Source: Alphaproteobacteria bacterium
GTDB lineage: Bacteria; Pseudomonadota; Alphaproteobacteria; SP197
DNA length: 64,000 bases
Direction of reading: 5' to 3'
Assembly (NCBI GenBank): GCA_964291415.2
Contig: OZ219918.1
Location: 1 to 64,000 of the forward strand
In this document: positions 20,338 through 31,831 of the stretch, piece by piece
How the letters are laid out: every line of letters begins with the position of its first letter
Numbering within the stretch: position 1 is the stretch's first letter
Made by a program: the position numbers and the translations under genes
The notes under the pieces: generated by a model
The model's database searches: none
Seen by the model: only the letters and a program-made list of their open reading frames with translations
What the model was told of the DNA's origin: nothing

Positions 20338-20793
20338 TCAGGTCAGGGAGGACGGGCTCCAGCGATAGGTGACGTCGGGCTCGTTCTCCTCTTCGCTGTG
20401 GCCGAAACTGATCGCGACAAGGCCGCAGGCTTCATAGAAGTCACGCGCTCCCCGGTTGGCGCGGAAGGTGCGCAGCGTGAACCCGGCCGGCCTGAGAGCC
20501 ATCACGTCGCGCAACAACCTCGATCCGACCCCGTGCCTCTGGGCCTCGGGCGCGACAAACAGCTGATCGACGACATCCTCGCGGAGGCAGTGAAAGCCGA
20601 TCGCCCGGCAGCGCGCCTCGGCGATGCGCGCCGCGTCCCAATCGTCGAAGGACGCGCGAACAAACTCGGTGAAGTCGTCGTCGCTGTGGGTCCACGGCAT
20701 GAAGGTGTAGGCCAGGCGCGACGAGCGCATCAGGATGTCGGCAATCGCCAGGATGTCGCCGGGAACCGCATCACGCACAAGGACGGGAATCAT
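20338..20793 (-). CDS. GNAT family N-acetyltransferase
   Basis: QLFVAPEAQRHGVGSRLL, NRGARDFYE and NEPDVTY. Confidence 0.85.
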   Translation of the reverse strand: MIPVLVRDAVPGDILAIADILMRSSRLAYTFMPWTHSDDDFTEFVRASFDDWDAARIAEARCRAIGFHCLREDVVDQLFVAPEAQRHGVGSRLLRDVMALRPAGFTLRTFRANRGARDFYEACGLVAISFGHSEEENEPDVTYRWSPSSLT

Positions 20794-20806
20794 GTCTGCG
20801 GGCTCT

Positions 20807-21433
20807 TCACCCCCGGTCCTCCCGGCGGGTACGCCAGACCTTCGCGAACGGGTCGACGGCGGCGTCCCGGTGCCGCGTGTATTCGGCCCAGAGCGCGGCA
20901 TCTTCCGCTGCCGTTTCCCCGAGGGTCCGGGAGATGAACGCCAGGGCCATGTCCATCCCGGCTGATACACCCGATGCCGTGAAGATGTTGCCGTCTTCGA
21001 CCCACCGCGCTTCACGTTGCCACAGCACGTTCGGTCCCTGAGAGGCCACCCAGTCGAAGTTCATCTTGTTGGTGGTGGCCATTCGTCCGTCCAGGACCCC
21101 CGCCTTCGCAAGCAGCGCAGCGCCCGTGCAGACCGATGTGACGAACTGCGCTTGTCCGGCCCGAAGCCGGAGCCATTCAATCATCGAACGATTGTTGACT
21201 TCCCGCCGTGTCCCTTGTCCGCCTGGAACAAGGATCGCGTCGTAGGCAACGTCGTCATCAAACGCATCCTCCGCCAGGCACCTGGGACCCTGAACACTGG
21301 AGACCATTCCCCGCGCTTCGGCAACCATGCGCAGCTGAAACGATTCCGGGTGCATTCCCAGCATCTCAACGGGACCGAAGGCGTCCAGTATCTCGAAGTC
21401 CGGGAACAGAACGACTCCAATTGACATGTGCAT
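20807..21433 (-). CDS. DJ-1/PfpI family protein
   Basis: FEILDAFGP, LVPGG, SVCTG, ATTNK and RWVEDGNIFTASGVSAGMD. Confidence 0.9.
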   Translation of the reverse strand: MHMSIGVVLFPDFEILDAFGPVEMLGMHPESFQLRMVAEARGMVSSVQGPRCLAEDAFDDDVAYDAILVPGGQGTRREVNNRSMIEWLRLRAGQAQFVTSVCTGAALLAKAGVLDGRMATTNKMNFDWVASQGPNVLWQREARWVEDGNIFTASGVSAGMDMALAFISRTLGETAAEDAALWAEYTRHRDAAVDPFAKVWRTRREDRG

Positions 21434-21782
21434 CGCAGCAGCCTCGGTTGGACGCATGGCAGGGTGTGACGTTGGCCAGGACTTCGAATCGTACCGGCCC
21501 CCTTGAAGGAACGATCAAGAGTACGCGGCAATCAGACCATGCGTGGCGTGCCCCACGTGTGCGTGGTGCTCCGGCCATCCCTCCGTCTCCAGGCGATGAT
21601 CCCTCGAGGAGAGGAGGGCATGTTCATGGATGATGTGCATGGTGTGGGCCGGGGATCGAGATTGCGGCTGGCGAGGTGGCGAAAGGTCGCCGCCACCAGG
21701 CCGTCGCCCTTGATGAGGGGCGCTTGCGGGTTGATGGTTCCCGGCCCCGGGCTCGATCGAAGCGGCGCATCGAGGGTTGCCG

Positions 21783-22529
21783 TCATGGAGTCCCGCCGTA
21801 GCTCTCGACGATGGCGTCGTAGCGGCCGGAGGCCCGCAGCGCCGCGAGCGCGACGTCGAAGGCATCGCGCGTCGCCTCGTCGCGAAAGCCGACGCGGTAG
21901 GACGTGGGCGGGAAGATCGCGTGCCGGGTCACCGGCTGCCGGGCGTCGGCCATCGAGGTGACCCTCGGGTCGTCCGTGAACCAGTTGAAGATGTTGATGT
22001 CGGCCACGACGACATCGACCTCGCCCGTGAACAGGGCCAGGTTCTGACGGTACTGTTCGGCGACCTCGCTGTAGGCGGGATTGCCGTCGGCAACAGCGCG
22101 ATAGGGATCGGGCAGGTAAAGCCGCGCGTTCTGGAACGCCATGACCGAGTGGTCCGCCAGATCCTCGATGGTGTCGATGGCGATGCCGCGCTCCGCCAGC
22201 GTCATTGCCTGGTTGCGGTAGACGATCGCGACTTCCGACAGGGCTGCGCCCGGGTTCGCGTCCGGGCTGACGGTCATGGCCGCGTCAACCTCGCCTCGTG
22301 CCAGCGCCTCCGGAACGGCACCCAGTTCCATGAAGACGGGCTCCATGGCGTATCCGGCGTCCGCCAGCGCCTCGCGGACGATGTCGTATTCCATGCCGCG
22401 CCGTTCGTCGGCAATCACATAGGGCGGCATCGAGAGACCGACGGCGACCGTAATCGGCTCCAGGTCCTGGGCCGGTGCGGCCGGCGCCAGAAAGACGAGG
22501 CCGGCCAGGAAAGAGATGAGACGCGACAT
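21783..22529 (-). CDS. Periplasmic substrate-binding protein, family 3 (orphan)
   Basis: Signal peptide, PPYVI..GMEYDIVREAL, GEVDVVVAD and ALRASGRYDAI. Confidence 0.85.
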   Translation of the reverse strand: MSRLISFLAGLVFLAPAAPAQDLEPITVAVGLSMPPYVIADERRGMEYDIVREALADAGYAMEPVFMELGAVPEALARGEVDAAMTVSPDANPGAALSEVAIVYRNQAMTLAERGIAIDTIEDLADHSVMAFQNARLYLPDPYRAVADGNPAYSEVAEQYRQNLALFTGEVDVVVADINIFNWFTDDPRVTSMADARQPVTRHAIFPPTSYRVGFRDEATRDAFDVALAALRASGRYDAIVESYGGTP

Positions 22530-22885
22530 CGCTGTGAACTCTGAGCTGCGGATCGGTTGGGACTTTGCAGGCCGTACTCTCGACGATCCGCGCACTCCGG
22601 GTCAATGCGGACGGAGCGGCCATTGGCAAGGCCGCCCTCGAGCAGAGCCGCGCCAGTGTGCCTATGTGTGTGTCGACGACAGCGACCAGCACCACGTCGC
22701 CCGGTACGAAGGCGTCGCCCTGTTCGACTGACCTCAGTGACTCCGGCCACCGTCACCGGCCGTCTGTGACTCCGTACCGGAGGGCCACACGATCCTTCGA
22801 TCTTCTCCGCGCACAATTGGCACAGGCGTGATGACCCGGAACACCTTGTCGGGTGGCGGCGGAACGATGGTCCCCGTCGCCGGCG

Positions 22886-23899
22886 TTACAGGAGGTGGCG
22901 GCGGTCGAGTTCCTCGGCGATCTGCACGGCGTTGAGTGCGGCGCCCTTGCGCAGGTTGTCGGAGACCACCCACATCGACAGACCGTTCTCGATGGTCGGG
23001 TCCTTGCGGATGCGGCTGACGTAGACGGCATCCTCGCCGGCGCACTCGCGCGGGGTCATGTAGCCGCCTGGTTCACGGTCGTCGATGACAAGGACACCGT
23101 CGGCCTCGCGCAATTGCTCGCGGGCGTCATCCTCGTCGAGCGGCCCGGCAAACTCGACGTTGATCGCCTCCGCGTGGCCGATGAACACGGGCACGCGCAC
23201 GCAGGTGGCATGGACCCTGATGGCGGGATCGAGAATCTTCGCGGTCTCGGCCACCATCTTCCACTCCTCTCTTGTCGAGCCATCCTCCATGAACGAGTCG
23301 ATGTGCGGGATGCAGTTGAAGGCGATGTCCTTCTGGAACACGTCCGGCGCGTGAGGTTCGTTCCAGTACCGCTTCCTGGTCTGCTCGTAGAGCTCGTCCA
23401 TCCCCTTCTTCCCGGCGCCGCCCGTGGCCTGGTAGGTGGAAACGACGATGCGCCGGATGGGGACGAGGTCGTGCAGCGGCTTGAGGGCGACCACCATCTG
23501 GATTGTCGAGCAGTTCGGGTTGGCGACGATGTTGCGGCGCGGCGCCATGTCGAGGTGATGGGCGTTCACCTCCGGGACGACGAGCGGCACATCGTCGTCG
23601 TAGCGAAAGCGCGACGTGTTGTCGATGACCATGGCGCCTGCTTCGGTCGCCCCTGGCGCATAGCGGCCGGAGACCTCACCTCCGGGTGAGAAGAGGGCGA
23701 CATTCCAGCCGTGGAAGTCGAAGGTCTCGAGATCCCGGCAGGTGAGGGTGGCGTCGCCGAAGGAGACTTCCTTGCCGGTCGAGCGGGACGAGGCGACCGC
23801 AGCCACCTCGTCGACCGGGAACTCCCGTTCGGCGAGCGTCTGCAGCATTTCGTGGCCGACGGCGCCGGTGGCGCCGACGACGGCAACGCGGTAGCTCAT
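22886..23899 (-). CDS. asd: Aspartate-semialdehyde dehydrogenase
   Basis: VVGATGAVG, ANPNCSTIQ and DNLRKGAALNAVQIAE. Confidence 0.97.
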   Translation of the reverse strand: MSYRVAVVGATGAVGHEMLQTLAEREFPVDEVAAVASSRSTGKEVSFGDATLTCRDLETFDFHGWNVALFSPGGEVSGRYAPGATEAGAMVIDNTSRFRYDDDVPLVVPEVNAHHLDMAPRRNIVANPNCSTIQMVVALKPLHDLVPIRRIVVSTYQATGGAGKKGMDELYEQTRKRYWNEPHAPDVFQKDIAFNCIPHIDSFMEDGSTREEWKMVAETAKILDPAIRVHATCVRVPVFIGHAEAINVEFAGPLDEDDAREQLREADGVLVIDDREPGGYMTPRECAGEDAVYVSRIRKDPTIENGLSMWVVSDNLRKGAALNAVQIAEELDRRHLL

Positions 23900-23902
23900 G
23901 GT

Positions 23903-25009
23903 TCAGGCCCGTCTCTCGATTTCCGCGACGACGGCTTCCGCCATGGCCGTGGTCGTCGCCTGGCGGGCCCCGTCCTCCATGATGTCGGCCGTTCTCAGTC
24001 CGCTCTCCAGGACGGCGCCGATGGACGCATCCACGAGAGCTGCCTCGTCCTGCAGATCGAAGCTGTAGCGCAGCATCATGGCAAAGCTCGAGAGCATGGC
24101 GAGCGGATTGGCCCGGTTGGTGCCGGAAATGTCCGGGGCGGTCCCGTGCACCGGTTCATAGAGCGCCGGAATCCTGTCGCCGGAGCGCGCGCCCAGTGAG
24201 GCTGAGGGCAGCATGCCAAGCGATCCCGTCAGCATGGCGGCGCAGTCCGACAGGATGTCGCCGAACATGTTCGTCGTCACCATGACATCGAACTGGCGGG
24301 GGTCGCGGACAAGCTGCATGGCCGCGTTGTCGGCCAGCATGTGGGAGAGTTCCACGTCCGGATACTCCTCGGCCCCCAGGCGGGTCATCTCCTGGCGCCA
24401 CAGCAGCGTCGATTCCAGGACATTGGACTTGTCGACCGAGCACACCCGGCCGCCCCGCTTGCGGGCGAGTTCGAAGGCCACGCGTCCGACGCGCAGGATC
24501 TCGGCAGTCGTGTAGACGAGGGTGTTGACCCCGCGGCGCTCGCCGCCACCGGCATCCTCGATGCCGCGCGGCTCGCCGAAGTAGATGCCGCCGGTCAGTT
24601 CGCGCACGATCATGATGTCGAGGCCCGAGACGATGTCGGGCTTGAGCGACGAGGCGTGGGAGAGGGCGGGGTAGACCACCGCCGGGCGCAGGTTGGCGAA
24701 GAGCTCCATCTCCTTGCGCAAGCCCAGGAGAGCCCGCTCGGGCCGCACGGAAAAGTCGAGCTCGTCCCAGCGCGGACCGCCGACGGCGCCGAAGAGAACG
24801 GCGTCAACCGACTTCGCCCGCTCCAGGGTGTCCTCGGTCAGCGGCGTGCCGTGGGCATCAATGCTGGCGCCTCCGACGAGGGCTTCGGCGATGTCGACGT
24901 TGAGACGGTTTTCCCGGTCGAACCAGTCGATCACGCGCCTCGTGGCGTCCATGACCTCCGGTCCGATCCCGTCGCCGGGCAACAGCAGCAACGACCTGTT
25001 TGAGGTCAT
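23903..25009 (-). CDS. leuB: 3-isopropylmalate dehydrogenase
   Basis: [30 protein letters not shown] and [11 protein letters not shown]. Confidence 0.97.
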   Translation of the reverse strand: MTSNRSLLLLPGDGIGPEVMDATRRVIDWFDRENRLNVDIAEALVGGASIDAHGTPLTEDTLERAKSVDAVLFGAVGGPRWDELDFSVRPERALLGLRKEMELFANLRPAVVYPALSHASSLKPDIVSGLDIMIVRELTGGIYFGEPRGIEDAGGGERRGVNTLVYTTAEILRVGRVAFELARKRGGRVCSVDKSNVLESTLLWRQEMTRLGAEEYPDVELSHMLADNAAMQLVRDPRQFDVMVTTNMFGDILSDCAAMLTGSLGMLPSASLGARSGDRIPALYEPVHGTAPDISGTNRANPLAMLSSFAMMLRYSFDLQDEAALVDASIGAVLESGLRTADIMEDGARQATTTAMAEAVVAEIERRA

Positions 25010-25025
25010 CGTCCCCGCTCCCCTG

Positions 25026-25631
25026 TCAGAGCCATGGCTGCAGAGCGGCGCGGCGCTCCTCGAAGGCGGCGATGTCGGCCTCCCTGGCGAGGCTGATGCC
25101 GATCGGATCGAGCCCGTTGAGGAGTCGGTGCTTCACCGATTCGTCGATGGCAAAGGCGATCCGGCTGCCGTCGGGACGTGTCACGGTCTGGCTCTCGAGG
25201 TCGACGCTGAGCCGCGCGTTGTGCCCGGACCGCGCATCGTCCATCAGCCGGCGCACGTCCTCGTGCGGCAGGGTGATGGCGAGAATGCCGTTGTTGACGC
25301 AGTTGCCGAAGAAGATCTCGGCGAAACTCGGAGCGATGATGCAGCGGATGCCAAAATCGAGAAGGGCCCATGGCGCATGCTCGCGGCTCGACCCGCAGCC
25401 GAAGTTGTCCTCCGTCACGAGAATGGACGCCTGGCGCCACGGGTCTTGGTTCAGGACGAATTCAGGACGTTCGCGACCTTCAGTATCGTGACGCATCTCG
25501 TCAAAGAGATGACGGCCGAGCCCGGTTCTGCGGATGGTCTTGAGGTACTGCTTGGGGATGATCTTGTCGGTGTCGACATTGATCATCGGCAGCGGCGCGG
25601 CGATCCCGGTCAGCGTGGTGAACCGTTCCAT
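25026..25631 (-). CDS. leuD: 3-isopropylmalate dehydratase small subunit
   Basis: [13 protein letters not shown] and [15 protein letters not shown]; start ATG 25631. Confidence 0.97.
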   Translation of the reverse strand: MERFTTLTGIAAPLPMINVDTDKIIPKQYLKTIRRTGLGRHLFDEMRHDTEGRERPEFVLNQDPWRQASILVTEDNFGCGSSREHAPWALLDFGIRCIIAPSFAEIFFGNCVNNGILAITLPHEDVRRLMDDARSGHNARLSVDLESQTVTRPDGSRIAFAIDESVKHRLLNGLDPIGISLAREADIAAFEERRAALQPWL

Positions 25632-25635
25632 GGTC

Positions 25636-27045
25636 CTATTCCCCGAGCGCGCGGACGTCGGTAAGGGTGCCGCGTATGGCCGCGGCCGCGGCCATGGCCG
25701 GACTGACCAGATGGGTGCGACCGCCACGTCCCTGGCGCCCCTCGAAATTGCGGTTGGAGGTGGAGGCGCAGCGCTCGCCGGCAAGCAGCCGGTCGGCATT
25801 CATCGCCAGGCACATCGAACACCCGGCCTCGCGCCAGTCGAAACCCGCCTCCGTGAGGATGCGGTCGATTCCCTCGTCTTCTGCCTGCCGCTTCACCAGC
25901 CCGGATCCCGGCACCACCATCGCGTGCACGCCGTGCGCCACCTTGCGGCCCTCCACGACGTCGGCCACGGCGCGCAAATCCTCGATGCGGCCATTGGTAC
26001 AGGAGCCGATGAAGACCCGGTCGATGGGGATGTCCTTCAGCCGGGTCCCGGGTTCGAGACCCATGTAGTCGAGGGAGCGCTCCATTGCCGCGCGCCGCTC
26101 ATCGTCCTCGACCTCTCCGGGGTCGGGGACGACGCCGGAGATCGGCAGGACGTCCTCGGGACTGGTTCCCCAGGTGACCTGCGGTTCGATGTCGCCTGCC
26201 TGGATCACCACCTCACGGTCGTAGGCGGCGCCTGGATCCGACACCAGGGTTGCCCACCAGGCCACGGCCCGGTTCCAGTCCTCGCCCGATGGCGAGAAGG
26301 GCCTTCCCTCGAGCCAGGCGACGGTCTTGTCGTCCGGTGCGATCAGGCCGGCGCGGGCCCCGGCCTCGATCGACATGTTGCACACCGTCATGCGCCCGGC
26401 CATCGAAAGGGCGCTGATCGCCGGACCGGCATACTCGATGACATGTCCGGTGCCGCCGGCCGTGCCCACGGCACCGATGATTCCAAGAATGAGATCCTTG
26501 GCCGTCACGCCGGGGCCCGGCGCGCCCTTGACCGTGATGCGCATGTTGCGGGAACGCCTCTGGACCAGCGTCTGCGTGGCGAGGACATGTTCCACTTCGG
26601 AGGTGCCGATGCCGAATGCGAGAGCGCCGAAGGCGCCGTGGGTGGCGGTGTGGCTGTCACCACAGACGATCGTCATGCCGGGCTGGGTGAGTCCCTGTTC
26701 GGGTCCGACGATGTGAACGATCCCCTGGCGCGGATCGTCCATCCCGAAGAGAGTGATGCCGAAGTGCTCGCAGTTCTCTGCCAGGGTATCGACCTGGATC
26801 CGGCTTTCCTCGTCGTCGATCCCCTGACTGCGGTCCGTTGTCGGCACGTTGTGGTCGGCAACGGCCAGCGTCGCTTGAGGCCGCCGGACCCGCCGGCCGC
26901 TCTGGCGCAATCCCTCAAAGGCCTGGGGGCTGGTCACCTCGTGGACGAGATGGCGGTCGACATAGAGCAGGGTCGTGCCGTCGCCCATGTCGGCGACGGC
27001 ATGGCTGTCCCAGATCTTGTCGTAGAGTGTCTTCGGTGCGTTCAT
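25636..27045 (-). CDS. leuC: 3-isopropylmalate dehydratase large subunit
   Basis: [33 protein letters not shown] and [12 protein letters not shown]. Confidence 0.98.
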   Translation of the reverse strand: MNAPKTLYDKIWDSHAVADMGDGTTLLYVDRHLVHEVTSPQAFEGLRQSGRRVRRPQATLAVADHNVPTTDRSQGIDDEESRIQVDTLAENCEHFGITLFGMDDPRQGIVHIVGPEQGLTQPGMTIVCGDSHTATHGAFGALAFGIGTSEVEHVLATQTLVQRRSRNMRITVKGAPGPGVTAKDLILGIIGAVGTAGGTGHVIEYAGPAISALSMAGRMTVCNMSIEAGARAGLIAPDDKTVAWLEGRPFSPSGEDWNRAVAWWATLVSDPGAAYDREVVIQAGDIEPQVTWGTSPEDVLPISGVVPDPGEVEDDERRAAMERSLDYMGLEPGTRLKDIPIDRVFIGSCTNGRIEDLRAVADVVEGRKVAHGVHAMVVPGSGLVKRQAEDEGIDRILTEAGFDWREAGCSMCLAMNADRLLAGERCASTSNRNFEGRQGRGGRTHLVSPAMAAAAAIRGTLTDVRALGE

Positions 27046-27097
27046 GGTCGAATGATGCGGTCATCTGGCGTCAAGGGGTTCCGCGACGAGCCCGGGG

Positions 27098-27484
27098 TCA
27101 GGACTTCTTGGCTGCCTTCGCCCTGTCGTCGCGCTTCTCGGGGATGCGCGCCGCCTTGCCGGTGCGTCCACGCAGGTAGTAGAGCTTTGCCCGCCGCACG
27201 GCGCCGCGCCGCACCACGGTGATCGACGCAATGCGCTGCGAATAGAGCGGAAACACCTGCTCGACACCCTCGCCGTAGGAGATCTTGCGGACCGTGAAGG
27301 AGGAGTTCAGGCCGCGGTTCTTGCGCGCGATGCATACACCTTCGTAGTTCTGGATGCGTTCGCGTGTTCCCTCGACAACGCGCAAGGCGACGCGCACGGT
27401 ATCCCCGGGCGCGAATTCGGGAATCTCCTTCGTCTCCAGGAGCTTTGCGACCTGCTCCTGTTCCATCGTCTCCAGAACGTTCAT
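27098..27484 (-). CDS. rplS: 50S ribosomal protein L19
   Basis: [31 protein letters not shown] and [10 protein letters not shown]. Confidence 0.98.
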   Translation of the reverse strand: MNVLETMEQEQVAKLLETKEIPEFAPGDTVRVALRVVEGTRERIQNYEGVCIARKNRGLNSSFTVRKISYGEGVEQVFPLYSQRIASITVVRRGAVRRAKLYYLRGRTGKAARIPEKRDDRAKAAKKS

Positions 27485-27516
27485 CCTTCTTGTCCTCCGC
27501 TGGCCTGCGTCAGCCC

Positions 27517-28230
27517 TTATTCTCTTGATTCCTGGTATCGGGACCAGAGGTCAGGCCTGCGCTCCCGGGTTGTCTGTTCGGCCTTGTCATGCCGCCACTG
27601 GCGCACCTTTCCATGGTGCCCCGACAGCAGGACTTCCGGCACCGCGCGGCCTTCCCAGGTGCCAGGCCGCGTGTAGTGCGGATACTCGAGCAGGCCGGTC
27701 TCGAAACTCTCGTCAAGAAGCCCTTCGGGGGCATGGACCACTCCCTCGAGAAGTCGCACGCAGGCGTCCACCAGCACGATGGCTGCCGGTTCGCCTCCCG
27801 ACAGGACATAATCACCGATCGAAATCTCCTCGAGGCCGCGTGCCTGGACCACGCGCTCGTCCACCCCTTCGAAACGTCCGCAAACGACGACCAGACGCCG
27901 TTGCCTGCAGAGCCGGCGCACGCGTTCCTGGGTCAGCGGCACGCCGCGGGGCGTGAGAAGGATCAGTGTTTCGTCTTCACCTCCAGTGGCCGTTGAGTCG
28001 ATGGCCCGCGCCAGGACATCGGGCCGCATGACCATGCCGTTGCCGCCGCCGAAAGGCGCATCGTCGACGGTGCCGTGCTTACTACACGCATATTGGCGAA
28101 TGTCCACTGTTTCCAACGCCCAAAGGCCCGATTTCAGCGCATGACCCGGCAGGGAGGCGCCCAGCGGGCCGGGAAACATCTCGGGAAACAGGGTGAGGAT
28201 GGTGGCGGTCCATGGTGCGGCCATGATCAT
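27517..28230 (-). CDS. trmD: tRNA (guanine37-N1)-methyltransferase
   Basis: [33 protein letters not shown] and LEYPHYTRP. Confidence 0.97.
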   Translation of the reverse strand: MIMAAPWTATILTLFPEMFPGPLGASLPGHALKSGLWALETVDIRQYACSKHGTVDDAPFGGGNGMVMRPDVLARAIDSTATGGEDETLILLTPRGVPLTQERVRRLCRQRRLVVVCGRFEGVDERVVQARGLEEISIGDYVLSGGEPAAIVLVDACVRLLEGVVHAPEGLLDESFETGLLEYPHYTRPGTWEGRAVPEVLLSGHHGKVRQWRHDKAEQTTRERRPDLWSRYQESRE

Positions 28231-28775
28231 CCCTCCTGTCTGACGAGAATGCCGTCGGGCGGATCGACGATGATCCGGCCGCGCTCCAGGTCGACCACCG
28301 GTACATTGCTCTCGGTGAAGGGCACCAGGAAGTCGCTCCCGGGGGTCTCACCGCTGATCTCCATGGTATCGCCGGCCCCCCAGTCGTGCATGGCGCACAC
28401 CTGGCCAAGCGGCGAGCCATCGACATGGAAGGCGGCGAGACCGATCAGGTCGTGGTGATAGAACTCGTTGGCAGACACCTCCGGCATGCGCGAACGCGGA
28501 ACGAGGAGGCGGGTGCCGGTGAGGGCTGCGGCGGCTTGCCGGTCCGTGACTCCATTGATGGCCACCACCAGGTGGCCGCGCCGGGGGTGCTCAAGGACGG
28601 TGAGATCGAGGGTGCGGCCGCCGGGCCCCGCATGCATCGGGTTGTAGTTGCCAATGGCTGCCGGATCCTCGGCAAAGCAAGAAAGACGGACGGCGCCCCG
28701 AAGTCCCTTCGGCGCCCCTATGACGGCCAGACAGACCCAGTCCGGGTGGGTGTCAGGAGTTGTCCCCTTCCGCAT
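28227..28775 (-). CDS. rimM: Ribosome maturation factor RimM
   Basis: [27 protein letters not shown] and LVPF..VP.VDL; sits between rpsP and trmD. Confidence 0.93.
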   Translation of the reverse strand: MRKGTTPDTHPDWVCLAVIGAPKGLRGAVRLSCFAEDPAAIGNYNPMHAGPGGRTLDLTVLEHPRRGHLVVAINGVTDRQAAAALTGTRLLVPRSRMPEVSANEFYHHDLIGLAAFHVDGSPLGQVCAMHDWGAGDTMEISGETPGSDFLVPFTESNVPVVDLERGRIIVDPPDGILVRQEG

Positions 28776-29070
28776 CGTCCGTCACTTCGCCGGCGCTGCC
28801 CCCGCGGCGCTCCGGCATGGGAATGATTTCGGCCTTTCCGAGAAAGACCGCGACCCGGTCCGTGGGCTTGGCGCCCTGCCCGAGCCAGTAGCGAATCCGG
28901 TCCTGATCCATGATGACGCGCTCGGGATCATCGGCAGACAGCAGCGGCCGGTAGACGCCGACACGTTCGATGAAACGGCCGTCGCGCGGTGAACGCGAAT
29001 CGGCGACGACGATCCTGTACATCGGGCGCTTCTTGGCGCCGCCACGTGACAGGCGAATCTTCAGGGCCAT
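28753..29070 (-). CDS. rpsP: 30S ribosomal protein S16
   Basis: [35 protein letters not shown]; start ATG 29070. Confidence 0.97.
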   Translation of the reverse strand: MALKIRLSRGGAKKRPMYRIVVADSRSPRDGRFIERVGVYRPLLSADDPERVIMDQDRIRYWLGQGAKPTDRVAVFLGKAEIIPMPERRGGSAGEVTDDAEGDNS

Positions 29071-29287
29071 GAACCGAGACCTCCAGGAGGCTGCATCGCG
29101 AATGAGGGACCGCAGGAGACGCCACTGCCGAACCACCGGCCACCATCACGACAAGGTGAAGGCGTGAGGCGTCGGCGCCACTACCTAATGGCGACAGGCG
29201 CCGTTGGCAAGCCCAGATTGGCCTTTACGACTGCGGGCGGTCTGCCAGAATGGCGCGGCGGATCATTTAACCGGAATGCAGGTCATC

Positions 29288-30244
29288 ATGTCGGGCGAAG
29301 GATCGTTCAAGCCTTTTGATTCGGGGATTGTCCCGCGCTACCAGGAGCCTGCGAGCTTCATGCGCGCCCAGCGGCACCCGGTCTCCAGCCGTCTCGACAT
29401 TGCCCTTGCGGGCGTGCCGTTCGATACCGGTGTCACCTTTCGGTCCGGGGCCCGCCACGGTCCGGCAGCGGTGCGCGAGGCGAGCCGGCTCATCCGGGCG
29501 GTCAATCCGGCCACCAGGGTGGCGCCCTTCGACCTGTGCAACATCGCCGACGTCGGGGACGCGCCGACCCATCCCCTCAAGGTCGAGGAAAGCTGCGACA
29601 TGATCCAGGCCTTCTTCGCCGGGATCCATGAGGCCGGCGCCTGGCCCCTTTCCATCGGCGGCGACCACACGGTGCCGCTTCCCATCCTGCGCGCCATTGC
29701 TCGTGACGAGCCGCTCGGTCTCTTCCATGTCGATGCCCATGCCGACACCTTCGACAGTTTCATGGGAACGAAGATCAACCACGCCACCTTTGTCCGCCGC
29801 GCCGTCGAGGAAGGGCTGATCGATCCGGCGAGGACCATCCAGGTCGGCCTGCGCGGCACCCGCTACGGCGATGACGACATCGACTACGGCAACGAGGTCG
29901 GCATGACCATGGTGCCGATGGACGAGTACGAGGCGATGGGACGGGAGAGTTTCATCGACCTTGCCCGCAGCGTTCTTGGCGACCGGCCCTGCTATCTGAC
30001 CATCGACATCGACGGCCTCGACCCGCGGGACTGCCCGGGAACCGGGGTTCCGGAGCCAGGCGGCATCTCCATGCGCGACATGCAGGTCATCCTGCGCAGC
30101 TTCACCGGACTCAACGCCGTTGGCGGAGACGTCTGCGAGGTGTCTCCGCCGCACGACCCGATCGGCATCACCTTCGTCAATGTCGCCAACCTGATGTTCG
30201 AAATGGCATGCGTGATGGCCCGCAACAGAAAGAGGAGCCAATGA
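29288..30244 (+). CDS. Agmatinase/ureohydrolase family protein
   Basis: GVPFD..RSGARHGP, GGDH, DAHAD, DIDGLDP..PGTG.PEPGG and EVSP. Confidence 0.9.
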   Translation: MSGEGSFKPFDSGIVPRYQEPASFMRAQRHPVSSRLDIALAGVPFDTGVTFRSGARHGPAAVREASRLIRAVNPATRVAPFDLCNIADVGDAPTHPLKVEESCDMIQAFFAGIHEAGAWPLSIGGDHTVPLPILRAIARDEPLGLFHVDAHADTFDSFMGTKINHATFVRRAVEEGLIDPARTIQVGLRGTRYGDDDIDYGNEVGMTMVPMDEYEAMGRESFIDLARSVLGDRPCYLTIDIDGLDPRDCPGTGVPEPGGISMRDMQVILRSFTGLNAVGGDVCEVSPPHDPIGITFVNVANLMFEMACVMARNRKRSQ

Positions 30245-30978
30245 TGCAGACCTGGAATCTCGAAGGCCGCAGGATCGTCAACTGGAAGACCTGCGAGTGG
30301 CAACCCTATCCCGGACTGGACGGAGCGGAACCTGGCCTCTCCTGGTGCCCCATCCGCGCCGAACCCGGACGCGACGTCGGCTACTTTCTCATGAAGGTCG
30401 AGCCCGGCTGCGGTGCGGCATTGCACCTCCACAGTGCCGGGGAAGATTTCATCATGCTCGAGGGCGAACTCGTCGACGGTGACGGCACCGTGCTGCGGGA
30501 AGGCGATTGCGTGAGCTATGCGCCGGGAACCCGCCATCGCACGCACTCGCCCAAGGGCTGCACCCTGCTTGCCGGCGTCAAGGGCCCGATCTCCACGATG
30601 GAGGGAGACGATGAACTGGAGACCATGCGCGAGGGCCGCACGATCGTGAACTGGCGCGACGGCGGCTTTGTACCCTATCCCTCGCTGCCCGATGATTCCG
30701 CCGCGATCCAGTGGCTGCCGGTGCGGGCGAATGCCGAGACCGGGGAGGGGTTCTATCTCATCAGCTTCGAGGCGGGCGGCTGCTCGGCGCTGCACGAGCA
30801 TACCGATTTCGAGGAGTTTGCCATGCTCCAGGGAACCCTGACCGATTGCGACGGAACGACCTACGTCGAGGGTGACTGCATCAGCATGCCGCCCGGAAGC
30901 TCGCACTTTTCCCGTTCGTCCGGAGGCTGCGTCGTCATCGACATGATTTCCGGCCCCTTGCGCGTACTCGAGCAGTAG
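30241..30978 (+). CDS. Tandem ChrR-like cupin domain protein
   Basis: Two homologous halves, each with HxH..E and G.L.D.DG; overlaps the ureohydrolase stop. Confidence 0.82.
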   Translation: MMQTWNLEGRRIVNWKTCEWQPYPGLDGAEPGLSWCPIRAEPGRDVGYFLMKVEPGCGAALHLHSAGEDFIMLEGELVDGDGTVLREGDCVSYAPGTRHRTHSPKGCTLLAGVKGPISTMEGDDELETMREGRTIVNWRDGGFVPYPSLPDDSAAIQWLPVRANAETGEGFYLISFEAGGCSALHEHTDFEEFAMLQGTLTDCDGTTYVEGDCISMPPGSSHFSRSSGGCVVIDMISGPLRVLEQ

Positions 30979-31073
30979 ACGGCCCCATTGTTCATGGATC
31001 ACGTGACGAGGGCGTGACGCCCCTGTTCCTGCAGCGCTACGTCCTCCTTGTCGAGGCGATCAGTCGGCGGGTG

Positions 31074-31270
31074 GGCGAGGCCCATCTGCGGACACAGGGC
31101 ACCAAGATGTCACTGACCACCATCCCGGATGACGAATGGGCCTAGGCCGAGGCCGCCAGTTCTGGGACGAGATTGCCGCGACCAGCGAGCGTTCTGCCCG
31201 CGTCGTCGGTATCTTCTGTCAGTACAACGAGGTCATGGCGCAGGCGGGCAAGCCGTACCGCTACAGCTGA
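31074..31270 (+). pseudogene. 3' fragment of a TRAP transporter substrate-binding protein (DctP-like)
   Basis: GEAHLRTQGTKMSLTTIPDDEWA*(TAG 31143), then a frameshift to FWDEIAATSERSARVVGIFCQYNEVMAQAGKPYRYS*. Confidence 0.7.
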
Positions 31271-31280
31271 TCTCCGAACA

Positions 31281-31319
31281 GGACCACGCCCCTTCGCCAT
31301 GGGCAAAGGGGCGTGGTCC
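31281..31319. terminator. Strong stem-loop after the TRAP remnant
   Basis: Perfect 14-bp inverted repeat GGACCACGCCCCTT / AAGGGGCGTGGTCC; no clear U-tract. Confidence 0.55.
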
Positions 31320-31499
31320 CTGCCGGCTCCGTCAAGGGGACGGGCTGCGACTCCCTTCCCGCAGATCGAGAGCAGGGCATAGCCCTTCGTGCAAGCCTGC
31401 TTCACCTCGACAATGCAGACACCCGCACCAAAGGGGGGCATCTTCCGTGACAGGCCACGTTCTCTTGATTTGGCTGCCCACAACGGAAGGAGCGATGCG

Positions 31500-31814
31500 A
31501 TGGCGAAGTTCTACCTGGTTCTTTGCGTGGTGGGCGTGGTTGTTCCCTACGGATTCTTCCTGCCCTGGCTATTCGACCACGGGCTCGATTTCCCGCTCTT
31601 CGTCACCGAGCTGCTGTCCACGCGCATAGGCGCATTCTTCGGCGCAGACGTGATCGTTGCCGCCGTCGCCCTGTTCGGCTTTGTGGCTGCCGAAGGGCGG
31701 CGTGTCGGCATGAAGGGGCTTTGGGCGCCCGTGCTCGGAACCATCTGCGTGGGCGTCTCGCTCGGACTGCCGCTCTTTCTCTACCTGCGGGAGCGCGCCC
31801 GCGCCAGGGATTGA
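31500..31814 (+). CDS. DUF2834-like small membrane protein
   Basis: YLVLCVVGVVVPY, FFGADVIVAA and VGVSLGLPLFLYLRE. Confidence 0.82.
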   Translation: MAKFYLVLCVVGVVVPYGFFLPWLFDHGLDFPLFVTELLSTRIGAFFGADVIVAAVALFGFVAAEGRRVGMKGLWAPVLGTICVGVSLGLPLFLYLRERARARD

Positions 31815-31831
31815 GGAGCCGCCGGGAGGAA

